Source of the DNA: Alphaproteobacteria bacterium
Lineage (GTDB): Bacteria > Pseudomonadota > Alphaproteobacteria > GCA-2746255
DNA: 64,000 nucleotides
NCBI GenBank assembly: GCA_965249135.1
Contig: OZ252220.1
Coordinates: forward strand, 1,792,001-1,856,000
Reading direction: 5' to 3'
Shown piece after piece: positions 8,706 through 18,373 of the stretch. The translations under genes were made by a program, and so were the position numbers. Within the stretch, counting starts at the first letter, position 1; each line of letters begins with the position of its first letter. The notes below the pieces were generated by a model that did no database searches, had not been told where the DNA came from, and saw nothing but the letters and a program-made list of their open reading frames with translations.

Positions 8706-10628
8706 ATGATTATCGCATCTCTCTATCCTTGTCCTTACGACCCGCAGATTCGTCACGATCTAAATGCGGCCTTGATTCGGGATGAGGAGATCTATGCTTA
8801 TGAAGAGGACAAGTTCACCGGGATCAAGAACGAGTACACCGTGCAGTTCCCAGAGCGTAGCCTGATGATGGGCTGCAAAGAGCTGGGCGTGGTGCCGCGC
8901 GATGTCGACATATGGGTGCTTCCGACCCCTCGGGAGACGCCGCGCATGGACATCCAGTTCATGTTCTTTGCCACTCTTATTAAGGCTTACGAAGGAACTT
9001 TCGATGCGTTCGAAGCGTGGTACCGCGACCATATCCGTTTCGTCGACCATCATATCTGTCATGCTTCTGCGGCGATTCACACGTCCGGCTTTGAGGAGTG
9101 TGCGTTCGTCAGTCAGGACGGCGGCGGAGACATGGGTGATCCGCGCGACATGATCTTTGGTGAATTTCTTGATGGGGAGATGCACGTTATCGGGCAGCAT
9201 CAGGGGTTGCAAAATATCTGCTCATATCATGCCTTCGCAACCGACGCCTGCGGCTTTAATGGTGGCGAGAATGGGAAGACGTCCGGTTTAGCCTCCTACG
9301 GCACTGTTCAGCCGAAGCTGCTGGAGCACCTGCGTACCCTGATCCGAGAGGATGGCGATGGGCTGACCTTTGACCGTGAGCGCTACAGTCGCACGCCCGT
9401 GAATCTGAGCAAGGTCCGCCCCCAGGAATATGATCGCAACAAGATTTTCCTTCAGGTTCCGTCCGAGACGAACGTCCTGCGCATGGCGCTCGGGTATCTG
9501 CCCCACGATATAGCCGCCACGGGGGAAGCCCTGCTGCAGGAAGCGTTTCTGAACTTTCTCAAGCGGGTCAAGAAACGTGTTTCCAGCCGGAAAATCGTGT
9601 TCAGCGGTGGCCTGTTCCAGAACGTCGCCTTGAACCGCGCAATTGTTGTCTCCGGCCTGTTCGATGAATATTTTTTCCCGATGGCATCGTCGGATGCCGG
9701 GTTGGCGCTTGGCGCTGCGCTTAAGGTCAAACACGATGTCGCGCGGGCAGCCGGGAAAGTGTCGAACTGGCCGGCGAATGGACCGACGCCTGCTTTCATC
9801 GGGCCATCCTTCCCTGATGCGGAAATTGGAGGGCTGCTCGACCGGTTCCAGCTGCACTACACGCGGAGCGACGATCCATCGGAAGCGGCTGCCGAGATGC
9901 TCAGCGACGGCAACGTGATTGGATGGTTCCAGGGGCGCGCGGAACATGGTCCCCGGTCTCTGGGGGCCCGTTCTATCTTGGCCGACCCGAGATCGCTTCA
10001 GTCGAAGCAGCGGGTAAACCAGCGGCTCAAGCGCCGGGATTGGTTCATGCCCTACGCGCCATCGATTCTCGAGGAGGCCTTCGAGGAGTGGTGCGAGCAT
10101 CCGGTATTTTCGCCCTACATGCAGATTGCGTTCACCGTTCCCGAAGGTTTGCGGGACAAGATCCCGGCGGCAGCCCATGTCGATGGTACGTCGCGTATCA
10201 ATGTCGTGCGGCAAGCGGACAACCCGGCTTACTGGCGGCTGATCGACGGTTTCCGGCGTCGGACCGGTTTGCCGCTGGTCCTCAATACCAGCTTCAATCG
10301 GCATGGCATCCCCACGATCTCATCGCCGCGTCAGGCGATCGAGCACCTGATGGAAGGGTGCATGGATAGTCTCGTGATCGGCAATTTTGTAGTGCGCTTC
10401 GCCGACAATCGAATCACGCTAGAGGTGGAAGAGACGTTGATGGCGGAAGAAGATCTGTTGATCAAGGATTGTATCCGCCGCATCCCCAGCGTTGCGCGAA
10501 TGGGAACCGCGAGGGATCTACAGGACTATCTCGACCGCCTGTCTCGATTGGTCGGCGGCCCGGTTGAAGTCGACGGCGATATGGTCACGATAGCCGATCG
10601 TGGTTCAATCCGTATTGGGACGGCATAG
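8706..10628 (+). CDS. Carbamoyltransferase (NodU/CmcH/TobZ family)
   Basis: HD, HHICHA, DGGGD, SGGLFQN, SDAGLALGAA, GWFQGRAEHGPRSLGARS, HVDGTSR, LNTSFNRHG. Confidence 0.93.
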   Translation: MIIASLYPCPYDPQIRHDLNAALIRDEEIYAYEEDKFTGIKNEYTVQFPERSLMMGCKELGVVPRDVDIWVLPTPRETPRMDIQFMFFATLIKAYEGTFDAFEAWYRDHIRFVDHHICHASAAIHTSGFEECAFVSQDGGGDMGDPRDMIFGEFLDGEMHVIGQHQGLQNICSYHAFATDACGFNGGENGKTSGLASYGTVQPKLLEHLRTLIREDGDGLTFDRERYSRTPVNLSKVRPQEYDRNKIFLQVPSETNVLRMALGYLPHDIAATGEALLQEAFLNFLKRVKKRVSSRKIVFSGGLFQNVALNRAIVVSGLFDEYFFPMASSDAGLALGAALKVKHDVARAAGKVSNWPANGPTPAFIGPSFPDAEIGGLLDRFQLHYTRSDDPSEAAAEMLSDGNVIGWFQGRAEHGPRSLGARSILADPRSLQSKQRVNQRLKRRDWFMPYAPSILEEAFEEWCEHPVFSPYMQIAFTVPEGLRDKIPAAAHVDGTSRINVVRQADNPAYWRLIDGFRRRTGLPLVLNTSFNRHGIPTISSPRQAIEHLMEGCMDSLVIGNFVVRFADNRITLEVEETLMAEEDLLIKDCIRRIPSVARMGTARDLQDYLDRLSRLVGGPVEVDGDMVTIADRGSIRIGTA

Positions 10629-10631
10629 GCG

Positions 10632-11933
10632 GTGCCGACGATGAAAATTACTTGCATCGCCCATGCTTGCCTTCTGATCGAGGCAGGTGGATTGAAGATC
10701 CTCACCGATCCATGGATAGCGGGCCCATCTTGGGGCGGTAATTTGTGGGTCTATCCTCCGGCTAAGGTAACACCGGAAGATTTTGATGATGTCGATGTCA
10801 TCTATTTCTCACATGCTCACGAAGACCATTTTCAGCGCGAATGCGTTGAGCGCCTGCCCCAGGCGACCAAGGAAAGGGCGAAGGTTCTGATCCCTGAGTT
10901 CGGCATGCCCTATTTCGAAAAGGCGGTACGGAAGGCCGGTTTCGCAAACGTCACCGTGATGCAGCACGAGGACGTGGCCGACTTTGGCGACGGCGTGCGG
11001 ATGCACATGCAGCTTAACGATCGGGGCGATCATGATTCGTCTCTCGTGATCGAGGCGGACCGCTCGACCTTGTTCCTGCAGACCGATAACATTTTTTCTC
11101 AGGAAGAAGCGAAACGTCTCGGCCAAAAATTCGATGTGGATCTGCTGTTTGCGATCACCGTTCTCACCGGCATCTATCCGGCATTCTGCGACATGCCGGC
11201 GGATCGGATGATCGAGCATGCGAGGCAGAAACGCGAATGCTCGATCGCCTATGCATTAGATGTGACGCGCGCCCTCGGCGCAAAGGCGGTCGTCCCCTAC
11301 GCATCCGACCTGTGCTATCTAGACCATCTTTTTCACATCAACGCGTTGCATCACCACGACAAGGCGGGATTTCTGGCCAGGGTCGTGAGCGAATTGCCGG
11401 CAACCGAGGGCATCCGTATGACGCCCGGCGACTTGCTGGAGCTGAAAGGCGGTCATATCGTGGATCGTTCGTTGGCGGACGCGGAGGATCGAGTCGAAAA
11501 ACTCGCTACCTTCGCCATCGAGATGCAGGAGCGCTACGATCGTTCCTGGCGGGAAGAGCATTCCAGGACGACGCCGCCTTTTGCAACACTGGTGGAGGCG
11601 TTGTCCAACGCCCTGTCGAACGCCGTAGGGAATTGGACACACGCGCCCTATCGGGTGCTTTGGCGGGTGCAGGATGAGGATGGAAGCCGGCGCGCGATCG
11701 GGCATGTGGCGGGCTCGGCGGCGCAGGCGGCGGACGACGCGTGGCCGTATGACCTCAGGATCGATGTCCCCGCCTTTCGCTTGCGGCGGTTGGCGCATGG
11801 CGATTACCCGATGGGGTTTCTGACGCTTCAGAATGGCGGGATACGTTTCCACCGGCATGTGGACGGGCTGACCGCGCCGGAACGGGCTTACTGGCAGGCA
11901 CTTCTGCGCCTTCGTATTCCGTTGCAGGTGTGA
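10632..11933 (+). CDS. Metallo-beta-lactamase-fold protein, CMP-Neu5Ac hydroxylase (CMAH)/UlaG-like, lacking a Rieske domain
   Basis: ITCIAHAC, TDPWIAGP, SHAHEDH, DSSLVI, VPYAS. Confidence 0.75.
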   Translation: MPTMKITCIAHACLLIEAGGLKILTDPWIAGPSWGGNLWVYPPAKVTPEDFDDVDVIYFSHAHEDHFQRECVERLPQATKERAKVLIPEFGMPYFEKAVRKAGFANVTVMQHEDVADFGDGVRMHMQLNDRGDHDSSLVIEADRSTLFLQTDNIFSQEEAKRLGQKFDVDLLFAITVLTGIYPAFCDMPADRMIEHARQKRECSIAYALDVTRALGAKAVVPYASDLCYLDHLFHINALHHHDKAGFLARVVSELPATEGIRMTPGDLLELKGGHIVDRSLADAEDRVEKLATFAIEMQERYDRSWREEHSRTTPPFATLVEALSNALSNAVGNWTHAPYRVLWRVQDEDGSRRAIGHVAGSAAQAADDAWPYDLRIDVPAFRLRRLAHGDYPMGFLTLQNGGIRFHRHVDGLTAPERAYWQALLRLRIPLQV

Positions 11934-11949
11934 CGGCGGAGAATTCGCA

Positions 11950-13605
11950 GTGCCCAATGGCAATTTCATTTCGAACTGGTACCGACAGCGCGCGAGAGCG
12001 CGGGCGCGGGCGTTTCTCCGGACGCATCGCGCCATTTTACGGGCCACGCTCGACCTGGAAAATCATCGCCTCGCCGGATTGCTGGAGGATGCCGGGCCAC
12101 CCGTACCGGACGACGCATTGAATGACTTCGCACCAGAGGCATACCGCGAGGCAGCGAAGACGTGTTTGCGGCAGCGCTGTCTGACCATGAATTTCAGCTT
12201 CCTGCTCGCCGAAACGGGGAAACATTTGGTCGTCCCCGGGATGCCACTGGTGATGCCTGTCTCGAAGCGCTGGCGCGCGCATCTTCGTGGGCAGGGGCTC
12301 GCCATTTCCGCACAGTCGCGGGTGCGCTTCGCCATCGTCGTTCTTGACGGCTTGATCGCAGGTCTTCGCGCCACACGTCTGTTGATTCTCGCGCAAAGGC
12401 GCGGCTGGCAGGCCGTTCCGCCGGCACCCGGGCATCACGTATTCGTAGGCGTTGGTCCGGGCAACCTGCCGGACCCGTCCGGACGGGAAGAAAGGCGCAA
12501 TCTTCACAACTGGTACCAAGCCTATTACGGGCTCGAGAAAGACTACCCGTTCGTAGCGGAGAATCGCGGAATTGATGAGCCGCAATGGTACGGCACAAAA
12601 GGCGTGATGACGCCGCGGCAGTTTCCGCCGCTCGATCCTGCAAACCGCCGGAAATTTATGCGCGCGGCGATTGGTCTGATGAGGCAAGCGGTTACCGGGG
12701 TGCTCTGCGGGCGATGGTGGCACGCCATTCTGCTGGCGGACGCGGTGGAACTGGCCTATTTCCGGGCGATCCCCGCCAATTGTCTGGCGCACCGCTACGT
12801 GTTCCATGCAGGGAACTGTCTGGTCAGGCCATTGTGGACCTATGATGCAGAGGCACGCGGCTGTGCCGTCGTCAATGCCTTCTATTCCGCGAATTTCATA
12901 ACATTCACGCCAAATCCCAATATTCAGCCGGCGCGAACGCTTGCCTTGTCGGCCATGTCCTGGCCGGAGATGATCTGCCTCGACAGGGAATCGCGGAACG
13001 CCCTGATCGATTACGGTCTCTCGGCTGATACGGTGACGATCAGCGATATCCCCATCGATTTCTATGACGATGGCTTCCCATTGCCGGTAGTCGACGGCCC
13101 AGTAGTCGTGCTGTTCGATGTCACGCCATACCGGTCCTATTTCAAAGCATCGCGCGGCGTTCATAACGCCTATTACACGGCCGAGACCTGGATGCGCTTT
13201 GTCGACGACGTTGTCGAGAGCGCCAAGCGGCACGGGTGGACCGTTGCCCTGAAAGCCAAGCGGCAGAAGGACCAATTCAATGCGCCAGCCTACCAGCGTC
13301 ACGTCGAGCGGCTGGCGGTGGATCCGAATGTCGTGCTCATGGAGGCTGGCATCGGCGCATCGCGGGCGATGACAATCGCCGATGCGGTCATATCGATGCC
13401 CTTCACGTCGCCGTCTCTGATCGCGGCGCGACAAGGCCGTCCAAGCGTCTTCTACGATCCCGGTGGAAAACTTTCCCATTACAAATCTTTGGCGCGCGGG
13501 TTGCCAATGTTGGCAAACCAGTCGGAACTCGATGCTTGGTTCCGGTCGCTCGACACCAAGGCCACGGACCCAGAACCGTGTTCAACCTCCACGCTTCAGG
13601 TCTGA
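11950..13605 (+). CDS. Polysaccharide biosynthesis PFTS-motif protein
   Basis: C-terminal ADAVISMPFTSPSLIA...SVFYDP; LFDVTP; located in a glycan locus. Confidence 0.8.
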   Translation: MPNGNFISNWYRQRARARARAFLRTHRAILRATLDLENHRLAGLLEDAGPPVPDDALNDFAPEAYREAAKTCLRQRCLTMNFSFLLAETGKHLVVPGMPLVMPVSKRWRAHLRGQGLAISAQSRVRFAIVVLDGLIAGLRATRLLILAQRRGWQAVPPAPGHHVFVGVGPGNLPDPSGREERRNLHNWYQAYYGLEKDYPFVAENRGIDEPQWYGTKGVMTPRQFPPLDPANRRKFMRAAIGLMRQAVTGVLCGRWWHAILLADAVELAYFRAIPANCLAHRYVFHAGNCLVRPLWTYDAEARGCAVVNAFYSANFITFTPNPNIQPARTLALSAMSWPEMICLDRESRNALIDYGLSADTVTISDIPIDFYDDGFPLPVVDGPVVVLFDVTPYRSYFKASRGVHNAYYTAETWMRFVDDVVESAKRHGWTVALKAKRQKDQFNAPAYQRHVERLAVDPNVVLMEAGIGASRAMTIADAVISMPFTSPSLIAARQGRPSVFYDPGGKLSHYKSLARGLPMLANQSELDAWFRSLDTKATDPEPCSTSTLQV

Positions 13606-13617
13606 AAGTTCGTTACT

Positions 13618-14871
13618 GTGGCGAGGACGTTGGCTGTTGTCGCGCTTTCGGATTCGAGCCGCGTTGATCTCGAGTGGATCCTTCCGTTGATCGACGAACT
13701 GATCGAAGCGGGCGACAGGATAGAGGTATTCGATTTCACGCCCATGGACAGAAACGACCGCTCGTCCTACGGGATGCGGTCACTGCGTCATGTCCTTGGA
13801 CGCTGGCCGCGACGATATGCCGATCTGGAGTCAATCCCTTCGGTCGTTGCCCGATTTCTCGACCGGCTGAGGGCAAGCGCAAGTGTTGCGGTGGCCCGGA
13901 TCGGTGCGTTCTACTTCAGCCCTAAATCACCGCTGGAACGTATTGTTCCATTATCCAAATGGCGAAAGCGTACCCGGGTACGGGCTCTGGAACGACTCTT
14001 CGACGACTGTAGCGGATTGTTCGTCGGGTTGCGCGCGGAGGAATGGGTGGATGGTACGGGTGAGTCGGAGTTGATAGAGGCTGCGCGCGCTCGCGGTGTC
14101 CCAGTCATCGGTTATCCTCCGGTGGTCGACCATGAAATCCCGCATCGGCAACTGATGGCATGCGACATTGCATTGGCCAACACGCCACAGCAAGCGGCCG
14201 CGTGGGCAAAGATTTCAAGCGCGCACATTGTCTCGGTCACGCCGCCGATTTTCACGCAGCGCTGGCTGACCCGGCTTGAAGCCATTCAACGTGCCATGCT
14301 GGGCGACTGCGACGTGCCGAGCGGGTGCAACTCGGCCCTGGTCATCCTCAAGAACGATAATTCCATCGTTTGGACTGGTCTTGATTTCCACGAGACGGCG
14401 AGCGAAATGCTGACGGTACTGCTCGATGCCAGCATGCATCTCTTGATCAAGCCGCATCCACGGCAAAGTCCGGAGGCGTTGAAGCGACTGCTCGGTCCGA
14501 TCGATCGCACGCGGTACACCCTTATCGACGGTCCTTTGGCGTATTGGGCGCGACGGGCCGATCTCGTGGTGTCGTTGTTCTCCGGCGGTGTTCTGGATTG
14601 TCTCGCCGTGGGTAGGGTCGCCGTTCTTTATTGGCCGATGACGGCGTCCTATCTGGAGAAGATCAAGGAAGGTGAGGTAACGGATGTCTATATTCGGAAC
14701 CGCAGCGGCGGCGCGCTTAGCACCAAATATCGTGATTTCTGTTTCGAGGTAACCGACCTCGTTTTCAAGCTCCCTCCGATAACCGATATGGCATCGCGGC
14801 TGGCTACATTTCGGAAGCATTACCCTGCGGCGGAAAATTGCCGTGCGATACGCGAGTTGATTGCGCGCTGA
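13618..14871 (+). CDS. Hypothetical GT-B-fold protein (putative glycosyltransferase)
   Basis: LLIKPHPRQ and ADLVVSLFSGGVLDCLAVG resemble a GT-B C-terminal domain. Confidence 0.5.
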   Translation: MARTLAVVALSDSSRVDLEWILPLIDELIEAGDRIEVFDFTPMDRNDRSSYGMRSLRHVLGRWPRRYADLESIPSVVARFLDRLRASASVAVARIGAFYFSPKSPLERIVPLSKWRKRTRVRALERLFDDCSGLFVGLRAEEWVDGTGESELIEAARARGVPVIGYPPVVDHEIPHRQLMACDIALANTPQQAAAWAKISSAHIVSVTPPIFTQRWLTRLEAIQRAMLGDCDVPSGCNSALVILKNDNSIVWTGLDFHETASEMLTVLLDASMHLLIKPHPRQSPEALKRLLGPIDRTRYTLIDGPLAYWARRADLVVSLFSGGVLDCLAVGRVAVLYWPMTASYLEKIKEGEVTDVYIRNRSGGALSTKYRDFCFEVTDLVFKLPPITDMASRLATFRKHYPAAENCRAIRELIAR

Positions 14872-14889
14872 CGAAGGACGGATTGCAGC

Positions 14890-15894
14890 ATGCGGGAATG
14901 TCATGACATGAGACTGGGGATTGTCGGGGCAGGGGCGGTGGCGCTGGACCATGCCGCGGTCGCCGAAGCGCTAGGTGTCAGGATCGTTGCGGCAAGCACG
15001 CTAAGTATGCAGTCGCCACGCTGGGCCGCGTTCAAGATCGCACATCCCGACTGCAAATTCGAGCCGGACCCGGCCGCCATGGCTAAGCGCAGCGACGTCG
15101 ATGCGATCGTTCTCTGCCTGCCTTGGAAAACCCAAGTCGAGTGGCTGGAGTGGGGACTTTCGATGCCGAAGCCGGTGCTGATCGAAAAGCCGATAGCTCT
15201 TACAGAACAAGCGCTTAGTGTCGGACTCGCCCGCAACCGCGCTACCTTGTCGGGGAAACTGGTAGGGTACAACCGGCGTTACTATCGAACCGTTGCCCGG
15301 CTTGCTCAACGTCTCGAGCAAGGCGGCCTACGGGCGGCGGATATCACGATTTCGGAAGATATCGCACGGCTCGTACAGCGACGCGGAAACAATATGCCGC
15401 TTTTTTCGATGGAATATTCGGGTTGTCACTTGATCGATCTCGCGGTCCATTTGTTCGGTCGGCTCTCCGTGGTGCATATGACATGCTATCCGGAAGAACA
15501 CGACGGGGTCTCCTTCGAGGATTACAATGGATTGCTCGAAACGCAATCGGGAGTTCCCGTGGCATTCTTCAACAACGCAAACGACCCGAGCCGCGTCGGC
15601 ATTCGCTGTAAGTTCGATGACGGATCCTTCTGGCACCTCACGCCGTCCGAGATACTGACGGTTTACCAAGGCTACGACATCATCGAACGCAACCCCGATT
15701 GCCAAGTCCGGCAGTATTCGCCCCGTGAGACGGAACGGATGATCGAAGACGCGACGTATCGGCCTGGATTCTTGGCACAGATGCGCGCCTTCCTGACGGG
15801 GGACGTTGGGCCGGGCTGCACGCCGGAAATGGCATTAGGGCCGCTTGAACTCATCGGCGCCATCAAGAGCCAGGCCAAGGACATTCGCGCATGA
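14890..15894 (+). CDS. Gfo/Idh/MocA family oxidoreductase
   Basis: LGIVGAGAVA, VLIEKP, GYNRRY, HLID. Confidence 0.85.
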   Translation: MRECHDMRLGIVGAGAVALDHAAVAEALGVRIVAASTLSMQSPRWAAFKIAHPDCKFEPDPAAMAKRSDVDAIVLCLPWKTQVEWLEWGLSMPKPVLIEKPIALTEQALSVGLARNRATLSGKLVGYNRRYYRTVARLAQRLEQGGLRAADITISEDIARLVQRRGNNMPLFSMEYSGCHLIDLAVHLFGRLSVVHMTCYPEEHDGVSFEDYNGLLETQSGVPVAFFNNANDPSRVGIRCKFDDGSFWHLTPSEILTVYQGYDIIERNPDCQVRQYSPRETERMIEDATYRPGFLAQMRAFLTGDVGPGCTPEMALGPLELIGAIKSQAKDIRA

Positions 15895-16997
15895 AGACAC
15901 GTGGATCAAATTCCAAGGAAAAGACGATCAACGTCGCACCGCCAATCGCAACCTTGCGCGAGGCGCGCGAACGGGCCCGTTCGCTGGTGCCGCCGCAGGC
16001 ATGGGACTGGTTGGAATGCGGCACGGAGCGCGAGTGGACACTCGCCGCCAACGGCGAAGCCTATCAGCGGTATTTTCTGCAACAGCGGGTCTTGCGCGAT
16101 GTCACAAACGTCGCGACGGGTCGCCGTTTTCTTGGTACGAAGCTTCCGATCCCCTTGATCGGCGCGCCGCTCGGTGGGATGACACAATATCACCAGGACG
16201 GCGAGATCGCGCTTGCCCAGGGCGGTCACCTCGCCTCGACAATCACGTCAATCAGCACCATGTCGCGGTTGCGGATCGAGGAAATCAGGGAAGCCGCACC
16301 CAAGGCGGCCTTGATCTATCAGGTCTATTTCCAGGGGCCGGACGAATGGCTTGAAGAGGAAGTGGCGCGCGCCAAAGCCGTCGGGGTCAAGGCGCTGTGC
16401 CTTTGCGGCGATGCGCCGGTTCGGACCGTGCGCTATCGCGATCGGGAGAACCGGTATGACGCGCGCAGATTCGGTCGTCGGACCAATGCACCGCCGCCCA
16501 GCCACGCGCTAGGCGCCCGTGCGACGTGGGACTACGTGGCATGGTTCAAGCGGCAGGTCGATGTGCCTGTGATCGTAAAAGGCATCGTCTGTGCGGCCGA
16601 TGCAGAGCTGGCGCTGGGGCATGGCGCCGACATGATCTGGGTGAGTAACCACGGGGGCAGAGTGCTCGACTCGGGGCTCGCGTCGCTCGACGTCCTGCCG
16701 GAAATCCGGGCTGCGGTCGGCAAGAAGGCCACGATCATATTCGATGGCGGTATTCGGACCGGTTCCGATATCCTGAAGGCGCTGGCCCTCGGCGCGGATG
16801 TCGTTGCCGCCGGACGCCCGGTCGTCTATGGCCTTGCGGTGGACGGGGCGGCTGGTGTCGCGCGGGTCCTTGAGTTGTTCGCCGAGGAATTCCGATCTGC
16901 GATGGCAATGTGCGGGGTTACTCGCCTTGAGCGGATCGGGCCGGACATCCTGCGGACGCGGCCAGACGCCGAAACGCTGTTAAATCTTTTGCGCTGA
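15891..16997 (+). CDS. FMN-dependent alpha-hydroxy acid oxidase/dehydrogenase
   Basis: PVIVKGI, VSNHGGR, FDGGIRTGSDILKALALGA. Confidence 0.93.
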   Translation: MKTRGSNSKEKTINVAPPIATLREARERARSLVPPQAWDWLECGTEREWTLAANGEAYQRYFLQQRVLRDVTNVATGRRFLGTKLPIPLIGAPLGGMTQYHQDGEIALAQGGHLASTITSISTMSRLRIEEIREAAPKAALIYQVYFQGPDEWLEEEVARAKAVGVKALCLCGDAPVRTVRYRDRENRYDARRFGRRTNAPPPSHALGARATWDYVAWFKRQVDVPVIVKGIVCAADAELALGHGADMIWVSNHGGRVLDSGLASLDVLPEIRAAVGKKATIIFDGGIRTGSDILKALALGADVVAAGRPVVYGLAVDGAAGVARVLELFAEEFRSAMAMCGVTRLERIGPDILRTRPDAETLLNLLR

Positions 16998-18373
16998 TGC
17001 CATCGATGGATAAGGGCTCGATACCCGCGGCCGAGACGCGAAGTTACGTCATCGAGGGGAAAAGTGACCTCGAGGCGGGGCGGATCGCATTCGGCATTGC
17101 CAATATGGCCGGTAACAAGGCCTATCGGTATGCGACGGAACGTGCCGGTGGCGATGCGGATGGTGCGATTCTTCGCCGATTCCAGGGTCGTTTTCGTTGG
17201 TATCGCGAAAGCTGGCGCGGTCTGCCCGCGCAGGCCGTGGCGGAAAAGCGGTGGGGTCAGAAATTTGAGGCGCTTGGCTACCCACCGCTCTGCGTTGACG
17301 TGGAAAGTGCGGCGGTGTGTGATTTAGCCTGCCCATTTTGTTTCCGGCAGTGGATCGCGACGCCGGACAAGATCATCGATTTTGAGTTGTTCCGCCGTAT
17401 CGTTGATCAATGCGCCACGCTGGGCGTGCCGTCGATGAAGCTCAATTGGCGTGGCGAGCCACTGCTTCATCCACAATTGCCAGAGATGATCGATCTTGCC
17501 AAGCGTGCCGGTATCCTCGAGGTGATCATCAATACCAATGCGACGACGCTTGACGAAGAGAAGTCGCGTGCGCTGATCGATGCCGGCCTCGACATGATAA
17601 TCTATTCCTTCGACGGCGGCAGTAAGGAAACCTATGAACGGATGCGACCGGGGCGGTTCAAGCCGAACAGCTTTGATGCCGTCTACGATAACATACGTCG
17701 GTTCGCAGACATCCGGTCGCAGATGGGCGCCGTCTTTCCCCGTACGCGCATTCAGATGGTCTTGACCGAGGATACCTTTCCCGAGAGGGACGCCTTCTTC
17801 CATTTGTTCGAGGACTGCGTCGACGATGCGTCGGTCAAGGCTTACACTGAGCGCGGCGGCAAGATCAGCGAGCTCGATGCCGAAACCCGGGAACGCCTGT
17901 CTGACGAAATTGCGCGCCTTAAGCTTCCTGACGATACGCCAGTGTGGCGCGATCTCAGTGGCACTCTCCATGTGTCGACGGGCCGTCTGCCCTGCGAGCA
18001 GCCGTTTCAGCGGCTGCTAGTCACCTACGATGGCCGTGTCAGCATGTGTTGTTATGACTGGGGCAGCCAGTATCCGGTCGGCTATGTTGATACCCAGGCG
18101 ATCGAAACCGGCGAGCGGGAATACGAGGAAATTTTCGAGAAAGTCGCCGCAGGCGCAAAAGGGTTCGAGTTGATGACCGGCGCCGTAATGCCGGAGAAGA
18201 TGAACGAGCCTGAGCCGGTCGTCCGGACGTTGCAGGAGATCTGGCACGGCGCCGATATCACGCATGTGCGTCGAAAGCATGTTTGCGGCGAAGGCGAGAC
18301 GGTGAGCGCGTGCCGCCGCTGCACCTTCCGCGAAACCTATGCCTGGCAGGCGATCGGTGACGGAACGTCTTGA
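16997..18373 (+). CDS. Radical SAM protein with SPASM/twitch domain
   Basis: CDLACPFC, WRGEPLLHP, NTNA, SFDGG, CEQPF...DGRVSMCCYD...CRRC. Confidence 0.92.
   Translation: MPSMDKGSIPAAETRSYVIEGKSDLEAGRIAFGIANMAGNKAYRYATERAGGDADGAILRRFQGRFRWYRESWRGLPAQAVAEKRWGQKFEALGYPPLCVDVESAAVCDLACPFCFRQWIATPDKIIDFELFRRIVDQCATLGVPSMKLNWRGEPLLHPQLPEMIDLAKRAGILEVIINTNATTLDEEKSRALIDAGLDMIIYSFDGGSKETYERMRPGRFKPNSFDAVYDNIRRFADIRSQMGAVFPRTRIQMVLTEDTFPERDAFFHLFEDCVDDASVKAYTERGGKISELDAETRERLSDEIARLKLPDDTPVWRDLSGTLHVSTGRLPCEQPFQRLLVTYDGRVSMCCYDWGSQYPVGYVDTQAIETGEREYEEIFEKVAAGAKGFELMTGAVMPEKMNEPEPVVRTLQEIWHGADITHVRRKHVCGEGETVSACRRCTFRETYAWQAIGDGTS

Noticed and set aside
12037-13479. 480-aa minus-strand ORF, and similar long antisense ORFs (9288-10304, 24597-25508, 53790-54764)
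   Set aside because: Shadow frames of well-supported + strand genes in GC-rich DNA, with no recognisable motifs
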